Below are positions 38,301 to 50,200 of a DNA stretch of 64,000 bases, piece by piece. Below the pieces are notes generated by a model. That model ran no database searches. It was not told the DNA's origin and worked only from the letters and a program-made list of their open reading frames with translations. Source of the stretch: a virus; IMG/VR virus record IMGVR_UViG_3300032315_001401, positions 64,001-128,000 of that record; one strand, given 5' to 3'. The position numbers and the translations under genes are program-made. Position 1 is the first letter of the stretch, and each line of letters starts with the position of its first letter.

Positions 38301-41300
38301 TAAGATCCTATTTTGTGAGATGGCATTGCCACTCTAAAGGTTATTACTTTGTTACTTTGATTATCATATCCAATTACAGTTTCTCCAATTGTAAATGCCC
38401 CAGAAGAACCATAGTTTTCTAATGATTCGCTATTTGCAATTTCAATAAGTTTTGGTATAAAATCTACAGATCCGTTTCCATCCAAAAATTGATAATATCT
38501 AGTGTATGGTTTCAGACTAGTAATTGAAAATTCAGTATTTCTAGATCTCATGTATTCTTCTGCACGAGACTCTACTAGTCTTGTAGAACTTGTGCTTCTG
38601 GCAGAAGAACTACTAGTTTCTGTTACAGTTTGAGAAAATTCGGTTGAAAGTTCAGTTCTACTTGCTTCAGCTCCATTATCAACTGTGACCGTTCTATCTC
38701 CTAAAACAGTATTATCTCTTTCAACCAGAACAAAATCAGTAACAGATATAGTTTTATTTGGCAATTGTATAGTTCTTACCCAATTATCTCTGTCTGGTGA
38801 TAATTTTATAGATCCTTTGTAAGAAATTACATGGAATGGATTAACATTTTCTACCTGAGTTGCCAAAGGTTGTTCAATCCATTTTTCAGAATCATACTTA
38901 AGAGTAACAGTATTTCCTGTTTTTTGTACATTGGAATCTATCAATGTATAATTAGTTGAAAGATCAACTTCTTCATTTGTAGTATTAAGTGCAGGGGCAA
39001 GATAATTTTTAAGACTATTTCTAGAGATAATAGGTCTCATTTCTTGCAATTGAGAATCTATCTCAAGAAGGGAAAGATTTAAATTTATTCTCCCATAATC
39101 TTTAAAATCATCCACAAAAAATCCAGTTTTAAATCTACTGAATCCTTGCGAATCTTGCACTTGTAAAGTTTGAGTGCTCAATTCTAAGAGTGATAATGAA
39201 GTTATCCTTTCGAGATTCTTAACTCTATTTTCAATGAGACCAATGTCTCTCATTGTGTATCTTCTATTATCAACCAGAGATAATGTTGCATTATTTGGAC
39301 TATACAAGTAAGGTGGCAAATTGATTGTTGCAATCTCCATCACATCATCAATTTTAATAGGAGATTTTGGATTTGATGATGATGTACCTTGAATATAGAC
39401 AAATTCTCCACTCTTATCAAGATAAATTTTATCTATCCTTCCAATATAGTAATCATACCCAATAATTGCACTTTCATCTGGAGTTAAATTTAACTTAATA
39501 GAAGAACTGAAGTTTCTATTTGAAAAATCAAATGGAGAAGAATTAGATGCAGTAAATATAGATACTCTAGGTCTAAAATCAAGAGTATCTGATGCTCTCA
39601 AATTTTTAGCACCAATTAATGGGACATCATTTAAAAATTGTTCTTTATCGTAACTTAATACAGTAAATACATCCCCATTATCAGTAGATGGAACGCTATA
39701 ATAATCAAAAACTACTAAAAGTCTTCTAGAAGGCTCAGTCTCCCCTTCGTTTCTTACAATTCTAGAATAATCGTAATATTGTTCTTTCTGACCCTTATCT
39801 AATTTAAATCTATTTGTTATATCATTATAACTTCCTAAAGTAGTAAAATCTATTTCTCCAATTATATTGGATTCTTCAAATGTAACGCTTTCATTATTTA
39901 AAAATCTATTTGAATTTAAAAAGACAACACCAACACTATTTGTAGATCTTGTTACGACTCTAGCTATACAACCACTTTCAGAACCTATTATATTTTCACC
40001 AATAATTGCATTTCCACCAATATTTAAAACACTGCTAAATGATAAAGTGTCCAATGAAGGATTTGATGTATTTAAGGATTCATAAACTGCTAAAACTTTT
40101 GAAACATCTGGATAATTAAGAGAAACCTCTTGATCTTGTACTCTCAAACCATAATATGGATTATATTCGAGACCATCATTAATGGAAGTACTAATTCCAG
40201 TTCCAGATTCTAAATATTTTGAATAAGTTACATTTATTGTTTGACTTCTATTATATTGCTTTTCTTTACTTTGCACTCCATTTTTAATGAAAGTTGCATT
40301 AATTGAGGATGTTGTTTTTCCTGAAGTAAGATTTGATAAAGTAATTTGATTATTGGATAATGAGAATTGATCTGGTGTTAATGATTGTGTAGTTCCGTCA
40401 GTGTAATGTACAGAATAACGCTCTTCATCAAATGCTTGGAACAAAGCAGTTGTTAATCCCGTTGGAAGTGAAAAATCGGAAACAGATAATACAATTGGAC
40501 TACTCGATGATTTGGCAGAAGTTGATTGGGCACTAAAAGTCAGAACCGAATCATTTAAATCTATTGATGATAAATTAGAATTGGGAACTTCTGCATATAA
40601 AAATCCCTTTTCAATATTTTTAATTGAAGGAGATCCAATACTAAATGATACATTTGTGGAAACTCCAACAGCACCATTGCAGACTCCAGTAACAGATGGA
40701 ATAGCAACAACTGTCATAGAGTCGCCAGTTGAACTGACGCTACTTACTCTATTGAAGTTTTCTGAAGATCCAGTTGATGTTTGATATCTAATTATACTTC
40801 CAGGTTTAATTGAATTGAAAAATTTTCCTGGCGAAGTTACAACTCCACCTGCACTAATATTAACTGTATCGGCAGCATTAAATCCGATGGGTAGTTCTTT
40901 AGTTAAAACAGAATCCCCCATAAACGCAGTAGTAAAACCAGATACTGCAGTAGATTGATAGACTTGTTTAATATCACTACTGCCATATACTGCAATGTTA
41001 GCAATTAATCTTGGATATAATTCCAGACCATTAATAATTATTTGCTCACCAGTTATAAAAGATCCCGAAGTCTGCCTTAAATTAACTATAGTTGTACCAT
41101 CTCCAGCAGAAACTGCAAATCCACTTGCACCACTACTTTTTCCTTTAATAAATGAAGTAGATGGTAATTGAGAATTAGATAATCCCTGATTTAAAGTTAA
41201 TGTTGTATATGTTTGAATATCATAAAGATATAAGTCCCAATTTGTGGACGATGATGAGTAAGCAGCATCCGTCAGTCTAAAATTATAAACTCTAGCGTCT

Positions 41301-42601
41301 CCAATTTTTGTTATAGAACTTGGATTTCCTGATGTGCTTCTTCTGATCCCATGCAATTCTAATGATTCATTTTGTTTTGGAGATCCTGTTATATTATTAA
41401 TTCTCAGTAAATTTCCCATCTCAAATGGGATGCTTACATTTCCGACATTTTGAGTTTCTCTAGGTTTTGAAACATCTAAAATAGTAGTAGAAATTTTTTC
41501 AATATCATATCCCCTAACATATGCTTTGCCAGGTGACAATTTAATACACATTAAATCGTCAGATGGGGCATTACCACTATCGGTTTTTTGATCTTTAAAA
41601 TATAAACCATTATTTCCAAGTCTATCGTTCAAAGAATCATGTAAAGAAATTTTAAAAGGAGTTATTGAATAATTTCCAGATTCATCAAAAGTTCTTTGAG
41701 CCAAATAATCTTTGATTAAAGAATATTCGGTGTTTGTATTTAATTTTTTAACCTGGCCAGCATCTATTCTAAGAAGTTCAATAAAATCTACATCAGTATC
41801 AACACTATCAATTGGTTTTTTGGTTAAAGATAATCCTATTTTAAATCTATCAGCACCTGGCGCAGCATAATTAGTAAATCCTTTTGCATTATCATAAAGA
41901 GAATCATCCTCTTTTGCTGTTACAATTTCTTCAGATACTTTAAGACCCACTCTGTAGGAAGGTATATTTGTATAATAGTCTAAAATAATGGTTTGCTTAG
42001 AAACTTTTGTAAATGTACCCCTAACAAAGTAAATTCCAGTATCAATAGAAACTGCAGATCCAATGGATGTTGCTTCAGTGGAAATCAAAGATGCAAAAGG
42101 ATTTCCAGATACGATAGTTGTATTTCCATAAACTACATTTTCATCTGACGATAAAGATTCACCATCTTGAAAGGGTGTAATTATAAAATTTTCTCCAGAA
42201 TCAATATACTTTACATATAAAGTGATATATTTTATATTATTAATAGAATCTGGAATCTCAATTTTTTGAACAACTCCAGTTACACCGGAAATTTGTCCTG
42301 TAATTTTTTTACCCAAAAATTGATTAATATATAATGAAATATTTACACCAAAATTAGTTGCATTTAACTTAACTGCATTGAATTGTGGATCATAAGTTAA
42401 ATTTCCGGGAATTACAACCGAACCTTCTTTAAATATATGACTACCAAATGATTCAATCTGATTTTGTAAAATTGATTGAATATTATTTAATTCTCTTGCT
42501 TGTACAGGTTTTCCTGGATTAAAAAGAACTTTATAAAAATTCTTTTCGGCGTCAAAATCGTCAAAATAAGGACTTACATTTAAATTTGTTTTTTGTGCCA
42601 T
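35306..42601 (-). CDS. Large virion structural protein (DUF4815/VrlC-like)
   Basis: 2431 aa; NLNVSPYFDDFD...FYKVLF.PG.PVQARELN, DPLAQTF, C-terminal PRFKDLRTIA. Confidence 0.85.
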   Translation of the reverse strand: MAQKTNLNVSPYFDDFDAEKNFYKVLFNPGKPVQARELNNIQSILQNQIESFGSHIFKEGSVVIPGNLTYDPQFNAVKLNATNFGVNISLYINQFLGKKITGQISGVTGVVQKIEIPDSINNIKYITLYVKYIDSGENFIITPFQDGESLSSDENVVYGNTTIVSGNPFASLISTEATSIGSAVSIDTGIYFVRGTFTKVSKQTIILDYYTNIPSYRVGLKVSEEIVTAKEDDSLYDNAKGFTNYAAPGADRFKIGLSLTKKPIDSVDTDVDFIELLRIDAGQVKKLNTNTEYSLIKDYLAQRTFDESGNYSITPFKISLHDSLNDRLGNNGLYFKDQKTDSGNAPSDDLMCIKLSPGKAYVRGYDIEKISTTILDVSKPRETQNVGNVSIPFEMGNLLRINNITGSPKQNESLELHGIRRSTSGNPSSITKIGDARVYNFRLTDAAYSSSSTNWDLYLYDIQTYTTLTLNQGLSNSQLPSTSFIKGKSSGASGFAVSAGDGTTIVNLRQTSGSFITGEQIIINGLELYPRLIANIAVYGSSDIKQVYQSTAVSGFTTAFMGDSVLTKELPIGFNAADTVNISAGGVVTSPGKFFNSIKPGSIIRYQTSTGSSENFNRVSSVSSTGDSMTVVAIPSVTGVCNGAVGVSTNVSFSIGSPSIKNIEKGFLYAEVPNSNLSSIDLNDSVLTFSAQSTSAKSSSSPIVLSVSDFSLPTGLTTALFQAFDEERYSVHYTDGTTQSLTPDQFSLSNNQITLSNLTSGKTTSSINATFIKNGVQSKEKQYNRSQTINVTYSKYLESGTGISTSINDGLEYNPYYGLRVQDQEVSLNYPDVSKVLAVYESLNTSNPSLDTLSFSSVLNIGGNAIIGENIIGSESGCIARVVTRSTNSVGVVFLNSNRFLNNESVTFEESNIIGEIDFTTLGSYNDITNRFKLDKGQKEQYYDYSRIVRNEGETEPSRRLLVVFDYYSVPSTDNGDVFTVLSYDKEQFLNDVPLIGAKNLRASDTLDFRPRVSIFTASNSSPFDFSNRNFSSSIKLNLTPDESAIIGYDYYIGRIDKIYLDKSGEFVYIQGTSSSNPKSPIKIDDVMEIATINLPPYLYSPNNATLSLVDNRRYTMRDIGLIENRVKNLERITSLSLLELSTQTLQVQDSQGFSRFKTGFFVDDFKDYGRINLNLSLLEIDSQLQEMRPIISRNSLKNYLAPALNTTNEEVDLSTNYTLIDSNVQKTGNTVTLKYDSEKWIEQPLATQVENVNPFHVISYKGSIKLSPDRDNWVRTIQLPNKTISVTDFVLVERDNTVLGDRTVTVDNGAEASRTELSTEFSQTVTETSSSSARSTSSTRLVESRAEEYMRSRNTEFSITSLKPYTRYYQFLDGNGSVDFIPKLIEIANSESLENYGSSGAFTIGETVIGYDNQSNKVITFRVAMPSHKIGSYNAPTTKFTTNPYFRSESIPDAYSASSKILNVDTYSISEEAQGLYSGYLVKGAKLVGQTSGAIAYVKDLRLISDNYGDLIGSFFIRDPNTSPPPNVRINTGTKTFKVSSSSTNDVAVSGSTTVSAAETNYISDGTLELYETTITDTTTVTNTRLTTTNITRVTTNFEQTQFPQQDRGGGKDPLAQTFTVDQDGGFLTEVDLYFYKKDSGNNPLTVEIRTVALGTPTTVVVGNSVTLRPDQIQTSDDASIATKVKFDYPIYLSPGLEYALVLLAPESTEYEVFIGEMGKKTIQSKNLPDSEAVLYTQQFAMGSLFKSQNGSVWTADQYQDMKFTLYRANFVTDTPSTAYFYNPTLNESNGYVKNLQNNPLTVFPRKLKIGITTVTNSNMIGILTTGRKISESTKTYNYGYIVGTGCSVSSVGVTTAGSNYVSDTNVSTYNIIGNGSGLVLNITASGGGITTASIVTSGNGYAIGDVVGIVTSSVSSNSGRDARITITGNNNGIDTLYLNNVQGDSFTSDGTANLVYFDSSNNSVSLATTYIRSSTPVGSIYNGNYVKVNHFNHGMYAANNKVLISGVSPNTGPTTLSQSITASSTSISVASTSNFATFESKSVNGTNPGYAIIENEIIKYESVGSNSLETVTRGQFFTIPIPHSTNIPVYKYEFNGISLARINTTHDISDTGLDIDNYYIEIDRTSNGVNRSADNTPAGYPQLSFSSELTSGGSKVFASENIQYDTIIPFYDAATPTSATSLSAKIRSVSGTSIGGNEISFQDLGYEEIQLNSLNTLPSSRIVASKVNEDTFLTALPRNKSFTTAITLLSSNKYVSPQIFLDTSFTDFHSNRINSPISNYQQDGRVNSILDDPHSAIYVSNTVTLTQPATSLKVILSAYRHFSADFRVLYSLIRPDSSEIEQSFELFPGYDNLTIDNNNDGYPDVIDPANNSGLPDTFVPASSRNQFLEYEFSANNLGQFSGFTIKIAMSSTNQAYPPRFKDLRTIAIR

Positions 42602-42604
42602 TGG

Positions 42605-44173
42605 TTAGAATTCCAGGATAATTTTAATGTCTTCTTTTTGTCTAATATTACGAGATACAAGAGGTCTGTTATCAATGTAAATAATATCTCCTGTTTTTTT
42701 ATTTATTTCGGGATTTGCAAGACCATTTGTGAAATTTACGCCAAGATTGATAATTGAATTATTTACTGTAGTTGTAATTCCGGAGAAAGAAGATATTTGA
42801 CCGGAAAAACCACTTGTTCCACCAACCACATTTCCCCCAGAAGCACTAAAATCAATATTTGCTTTTGCTTCTGTTGAAACTCCAACATAATCAGTTTGAT
42901 CGTGTGTGGAACCGTAATATAAAGATCTATCTCTGAAGTATTTTAAAACTTTCGTATCTGAATCATATGATGCAACATATCCAACAGCAATGCCGGTGGA
43001 TACTGTCTGATTGATTTTTTCTCCAACTTCAGGTAAGAAGGCATTTACAGAATTAAACTGCATAGCATACAAACCTGAAAACTCTCCTCCACTAAAAGTT
43101 TCTGTAGATATAAAAGTTGTTGGATTCTTTAAAATTCCAATCTGACAAAATTTTGTATTAATGGGGAAATCTCTAGTAGAATCATCAAATCTCGCATAGA
43201 TCATTACCCTATCAGCACCAAGTTCTTTATATAAATCAAACCCATGACCTCTAGAAGGCGGTATAATGGGTATTAATTTTGCGGGGTTGCTAATAGTACT
43301 TCCTGGTTGTAGAGAACCCAAATCGACGATTCCATACGTGTATCCGGTGCCTCCAGAAGTTACTGTAGTGTCTGTAATTTCTCCATTGGCGTTTGTTTGG
43401 ACAAATACTCTTCCTCCAGTTCCATTCCCTAAAATATCCACTTCACCTGAAGTGTAATTGGATCCTGCATTTGCAATATAGACTGTTTTAATTTGATTAT
43501 TATTTAATGTCGAATCTCCATTTTCTCTTACTGCAACAATTTGAGAGTCAGTAGATGTTTCCCAATTATTTGGCAATGTTATGTATTCTGTTGAATCAAA
43601 TTTTATAATGTCTGCAGGGGAAACTGTAAACAAATACTTCCACACATATCCGTCTTCTCCAGTTCCAGCTACAGTAGGTTCTAAATCTATAGTTGTTGGT
43701 TCATATTGTGATTGGTTTCCTGTGGTATTAATGCCAGTGGAACCATTTTCTATGCAAATATAAACATTGTAATCGCTATTTAAAACATAGTACTCACAAT
43801 CATAAAGTCTTGCCCGTCTTGAAATAGGAGAAAGATTTTCTATACTATAGTCATGCCTATACATATCATATTTTTTTCCACTAACCCAATCAACTCTTTT
43901 AATAACCCTTCTCATATTTGAAGATGTTACCCTTTTCCCAAAAAGAAGAGTGTCTTCATATTGAGTTAAATAATCTAAATTATCAGTTGGATTTGGAACC
44001 ACACCATTTGTTATTCCCAGACCATCCCAATTAGTATTTCTACCAAACCCAGTATAACGATTTGGATTTGTAAGACCAACCCAAATATAATATGAATTTG
44101 AAGAATTATCTACCGATTCTATAAAATTACTAGCGCTTAAAATTCTAAATTGATCTGTTACAAGTGCAGACAT
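42605..44173 (-). CDS. gp8: Baseplate wedge subunit
   Basis: RVDWVSGKKYDMYRHDY, YNVYICIEN, EDGYVWKYLFT, SGHG-like SRGHG, YIDNR...RQKEDIKIILEF. Confidence 0.9.
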   Translation of the reverse strand: MSALVTDQFRILSASNFIESVDNSSNSYYIWVGLTNPNRYTGFGRNTNWDGLGITNGVVPNPTDNLDYLTQYEDTLLFGKRVTSSNMRRVIKRVDWVSGKKYDMYRHDYSIENLSPISRRARLYDCEYYVLNSDYNVYICIENGSTGINTTGNQSQYEPTTIDLEPTVAGTGEDGYVWKYLFTVSPADIIKFDSTEYITLPNNWETSTDSQIVAVRENGDSTLNNNQIKTVYIANAGSNYTSGEVDILGNGTGGRVFVQTNANGEITDTTVTSGGTGYTYGIVDLGSLQPGSTISNPAKLIPIIPPSRGHGFDLYKELGADRVMIYARFDDSTRDFPINTKFCQIGILKNPTTFISTETFSGGEFSGLYAMQFNSVNAFLPEVGEKINQTVSTGIAVGYVASYDSDTKVLKYFRDRSLYYGSTHDQTDYVGVSTEAKANIDFSASGGNVVGGTSGFSGQISSFSGITTTVNNSIINLGVNFTNGLANPEINKKTGDIIYIDNRPLVSRNIRQKEDIKIILEF

Positions 44174-44194
44174 TTATATAAGTGTTTTTTTTTA

Positions 44195-44202
44195 TATTTA
44201 TA
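44195..44202 (-). promoter_or_regulatory. T4-type late promoter for gp8 and downstream genes
   Basis: Exact TATAAATA. Confidence 0.8.
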
Positions 44203-44207
44203 TCATA

Positions 44208-47200
44208 TTACAGGTTCTTTTTGAGAGACCCATTGTTTCTTAATCCATAACCTCTTCTTTGAATTATTGGATAAGTTGATAATCCTGTATTATATGAGAG
44301 TGAAGTAATTCCTACACTTGATGTGTATCCACTCACCCCTATTGAAATTGGATTAATAGATCTAGTAAATCCTGATAATCTTCCCCAAGATAATCTACCT
44401 ACAGGATATTTAAGTGTGCCAGTAGTTGCAATGCCAACAATGGATGTGTTGGATGCAATATTGCAAGTTATGATACCTAATGTAGAATTAATTGCGTGAA
44501 TTTGATAAATGTTATTCGAGAAAGATGTGCTAATGGAAATAATATCAGTATTGCTCGTATTAATGGATGTTACTCCTTGTCCAACAGTAGTTTCAGAAAT
44601 ATAAACGGGATATCCAACCTGTAAATCTGGGAACAAGAATGGATCTCTATCTAAAGTAAATTTAAGTGCTAAAGGAGATCCAATTCCAGTTGTGGTTGCA
44701 ATTCCCACAATGGAAACATCATATCCCTCTACATCGATTATATTAGAAATATTCTCGTATATTGGATCTGGTGATGGAATTAACACCTGTGGAATTATAC
44801 TTTGACTATATCCAAATCCAGGATTTGTGATTGATACTGTTGATAACGAACCATCTACAATACTTATATTTGCTGTTGCCCTAATTCCAACTCCAATTGA
44901 TGGTGGTGATGAAATGCTTGCAGTTACTGATGATCCAATGTATCCACTACCGGGATTATTAATTATTAATGAAGAAATTGTTCCGGATGTAGAAACAACA
45001 GCAGTTACATCAGCAGGTACTAAATCAGATACTTTAGATATTATAGTTGCACTAAAATTAATTGGAGACTCATTTTCATAATTGAATATTGATGAATCAT
45101 CAACAAAGATTTGATTATCTGAATTACTAAAGTTCCTAATAATATTTGCAGTTGGATAAACTTGAGATTCTAAAGAATCTCTAGTCTTATAAACGTTTTC
45201 TCCATTAAGTATTAAATCTGTTTTTTGTTTAGTCCAATAGAGAGGTTTGTTATTAGATTCATCAATTCCCTGACCAGTATATAGATTTGTTTCAATTTTG
45301 TCAGAAGCAGAAACATCATAAATGATTCTCGCATCTTGAGTGATTGTATTTTGAATATTTGCGTTATTACTAAAGATTTGTACAGTATCTCCAATTTTGA
45401 CAGTTTCTGTTACATTAATTTGAATAGTATCCTGATTTCTTGTTCCTCTGTAGAAAAATACTGATATGTTATCTTCAGGGTCTGGTGCTACGGAGAAAGT
45501 AAAGGATGTTCCTCCGCTGAACTGATAAGAACTTCCAGGTTCTTGTAAAACTCCATTAATAAAGATAATAAGCACAGAATCCAAATCTATCAATTGTGAA
45601 TCTGGATCATTTTCATCAAGTTCAAAACTTAAAATTTCTGAATTGTAATAAAGAGGAAATCTTGTTCTTATTCCATCTTGATAATTTTTTATGGAATCTA
45701 TATAATCCAACTCACCAAACTGCCAAGCTGCAAAGGAATCTGTAAATACATCAAGAACAGTTAATTCAAATTCAGATATTGGTGAAGAAAGACCGGAAGC
45801 AGTTACTAAACCAACTGGCTTAAACACGTCACCAATTTTAAATGAATATCCATTTCTCACAATCTTAAATGATTTTACTTCAAATAATGTAGATCCAATT
45901 CCTGTTGCAGTAGAACTTGCACCAACTTCTATATTCAATAAAAGTCCAACCCCAGTATCTGTTGTATTTCCTATTCCAAGACGAGAGACCCCGATTACTG
46001 GCAAGTTTTCATATGATGGTGATGATACATTGACAGTTGGGTTGGTATATCCTGTTCCAGGATTAATAACATTAAATGATAATTTTCCTCCAGCGCCAAC
46101 ATTTGCTGTTATAACAGCACCTGTCCCTATATGACCTGTTTCAGTAATTGCAACGGAAACTGGAGAACGATATCCGGATCCAAGAATATCCATTGTACCA
46201 AGTCCAACGGATACAATAGTTCCGCCAGCACCAACAATGGCAGTTACAGAAGCGCCAACAAGAGGTGCTATACCCAAACCTCCGGTGGAACCGAAAGATA
46301 CAATTATACCGCCACGGGGTAATTGATTTTGGTTAATGTCATATTCTGATTTGAATAATGTGTTATTCGAGGATGTTATTCCGGTAAAAGTAATACTTGT
46401 TGCGCCTGCATTTTCCGATATCAAATAATTATTTGATGAATTATTAAGTGTTGTAGGAGACTGGAAAATATTATTGATAAATACAATTCCATTTCCTCCC
46501 GAAGTTCCTAGTCCTACTGTGTTTATTCCTTGAGAAGTTAAAATAAAAGTTTGTCCAATTCCTGTAAACTGGTCAGAAATATCATCATATATTTGATTGG
46601 ATGTATAATCTTGACGTAAAAACACTCTTCCGTTAAAAGATGCTCTTTCTCTTGGCAAATTAAATTCATTTGGTCCAAGTAAATCTAAAGAATTTCCTCT
46701 AGGCGGTTCAGTAAAGAAAATTTTATTTTTAGAAATATTATATGATCCTCTGTAAATTCTACCAATACTGGTATCCGTATGTACGCCTGCTATAGATCCT
46801 AAAAATCCTCTAGTCACCCCTACAAGAGAAATATTTCCATTAAAAGTAATAGGACCTAAATTTGTAGTGCCTAACCCAACATTGTTTATTTTCATGTATT
46901 CATTATCAATTTTTAATATATCCGTTGGGGTAATTGAACTTATTCCACTTAAAGCAAATATAGTAGATGCTGTTCCTATTTGTCCTCCATTTCCAGATAA
47001 TGTATGTGTTATGTAAGAATAAGAAATAGGACTTTGTACAATATCATTAATCGTAATGATAGATTTCTCATTCTTTTTATACATTTCTAACTGATGAGCA
47101 TTTCCCAAACCAAGGGAAGTAAATGTCACAGCAATTCCTAGATTTGCATATTCTTTTCTTGTAGAAATCCTGAAAGAATCATTAGTATCCTTAATAGCAT

Positions 47201-50200
47201 ACACTACAGATGGGAGTATTGTTGTTACTACACCGACATAATTTGAAGTTGCACCAATTCCCATTGAAGATGTTCCAATTCCTATAAACGTAGAATTTGG
47301 AGTATAGATTAATTGCTCTCCTGTACTAAAGAAATGATTAGGAATTGTAAATACTCCCGTTACTGGATTTAAAATGTCAGTATTTGTTGGGTCAAATGTT
47401 TTCATGAAAATTGGATTCCCTTCATATTCAGCATCAAAATCATATTTGTTAATATTTGAAGAATTTGCTCCAAAATATCTTGCAATTTTAACTGATTGCT
47501 GTACTGGACTATAATTTAAATCTGGTGGAATATTAATAGCATCTAATTCAGTATAAAAAGATTCACTAAATGAAAGTATTTCTAAATTGCCAGAAACTGA
47601 AGGATCTGCATAAAATTTAATTATAAAATTATTTCCAGAAATTTCTGCACCAAATGTTCCTATTCCGGAAGTGCTTCCAATGGATAAAAATGGATATTGA
47701 ATTGAATATGCATCATTGCCATCATTAATTGCCATTATTTGATGTAATGCACTTGTTTGTCCTAATCCAACTTTAACTACAGATTTTGCTGATGTAAATA
47801 AAAACTTATCTAAAACTAAAATACTTGTAGATCCAGATGAAATATTATTAAAGTTGGAGTTGAATACAACAGTTCTTTCATTACCTGCAGATTGTCCGGG
47901 AAGTTTAAATCTATAATTTCCGGCACCAATTGCAGTGGTTCCAAACCCTACATTTTTAGTTCTAATTGTAATTGTTTCTGAAGATGTATTGGTGTAATTT
48001 AGTGATAAAATTCCTCCACTCACTGATGCACCAAATGATCCTATAAATCCATAACTTGTTTCAGATATTTCATCATCAAAATAATATTCGCTAATATAGG
48101 TATTGGTTCCATCATGATTTAGATAAATTTCAACATAATTCATATCAGAACTATCACCATTTGAAATTTGAATATTAGAATAAACCGAAGAATATTTTGA
48201 AGAATTTAAATTAAAGACTGATGTTGTTATGCCGCTAGAAACAATTTTATTTGCAGATATTAAATCTATAAATCCAACATTTTGTGTTGTTCCAACCCCA
48301 GTTTTAGACGTAAATGTATCTTGTAGAATTTTTATATCAAAATCTGAGTTATTGACATCTTGTGGTTCAAATTTGAGATAAAAATTAGAATCACTATCTG
48401 CATATCCTTCAATATCTGCCAATAATGATTGATCTGATAAAGAAGTTAATGATGCCTTTGAAAGAGTAAATATATCCTGGTCATTATTAATTGTTACAAT
48501 TTCACTAAATTGAGCTTCATTGGTGTAAATATTTTGTATTTGTACTAAAAATCTATTGTAATTGTTTCCAGAATTAATTTGGACAATATTGGAAACACTA
48601 GATGTTTCATCATTTTCGCTGGAAAATTCAGAACTTATATCATCTATTTTTAAAACTCTATTCGTTTTGCATAAAATATAATCGGCAAGACGTATATTCC
48701 TAAACTTAATAAATTTTGACCTACTATCCAAAATATCAACATCAACAACCAAATCTAAATTATTAATCCTATCAACTCTAGTATCACTTTCAAATACGTT
48801 TAAAAGTGATAAAGTTGATTCAGTTGTACCTATTCCAGATTGAACATTGTTAATTATTTGAGTATCAGAGAAATTTTTCATTCCACTAATATGTAACAAA
48901 TTATTGACGGGTGTTACAATTTCTTCCCACGTTTTACTACTCTTTACTGAATATGATAAATTTTGATAATAATCATTATCAGAAGTTACTTGAAAATTTT
49001 CATTAAGTTTTCCAGTTTCTGACTTCCAACCAAACTTTTGCAAATTAAAATAGTTAACATTATAAACACCATCAATAAATTTAACAGAATCAATGGTTGC
49101 TTCATTTGAAGACTCTAGTCCTCTTATTCTTTCCCCACTAGAAAGATCATAATTTCCGGAGACTCTAACAAAATTTTCATCACAACTAATAACTGTTAAA
49201 TCTCTAACTATAAAACCGTTTCCACTATCTGATGATAATTTTTCCCCAATTGAAAATGGTGAAAACTTTTGAATAACTTTAAATTGTGGGTAGTAATTAT
49301 AATTAATTATTGTAGCATATGATTCTTGTATTGTTTTTGCTATTCCAGGGTTTGTAGTTAAACCAGATAAACTAAATTCTAATTTTGCGGGATTTAAATT
49401 TTGAAAATTGGTGACTGTAAAGAATTGGTATCCATAATCCGAAGAATTAAAACCATCCCCAGAAGAACCACTTTTTTGAATTCCTTCGGCAAATATTTTA
49501 TCTCCGATTGAAAATGGTGCAGATGTAAACCCTGCTATAGGAGTAGTTAAGAAGCAAGTAACTATTCCTGAAGAAGATTGAATAGTATCTATTGAAATTC
49601 CATTAGAGTTATTAATTGCCCTAATTGTAACCGGATTAATTGGAAGACCCTTTGGTTCATTTTCAATAATAACAGATGTAATTGAAGAACCTGATAAATT
49701 TGCACGTAAAAGTCCAGAGTTGATTATCTCGCCAGTATTGGAATCTATGCAAATCAAATTTGGTGCTGATGTATAATTTTGCCCTCCATTTAAAATATTA
49801 ATATTATCAATTGTATTAGATGAAGATATATACACAAATTTTGGTATTGATGCAGTTGGTCTTAGGGTTTTATCAGATGAATATTCAAAACCTTCGTTTA
49901 CAATTCTCGTTTGGTTTATTTTGCCAATTTGGGATGAAATTGGAACAATAAATGCTCCACTTCCAGTTTCAGTTTCTACTCCACCGAATATTGGCATAGA
50001 TCTATAAGAATACCCTCCAGATAAAAGTTTTACTTTAGAAATTCCACCAATAGATGATGATGAAGTAGTCGAATATTTAAGAATGTCACAATCTTCTCTC
50101 CCATATCTCAAACTCTCTGGAATTTTCTTAAGAGATATCGTAAAAGTAGTGCTTCCAACACTTACAATATTATAATCTCCAGAATATGAACTATTTTCAA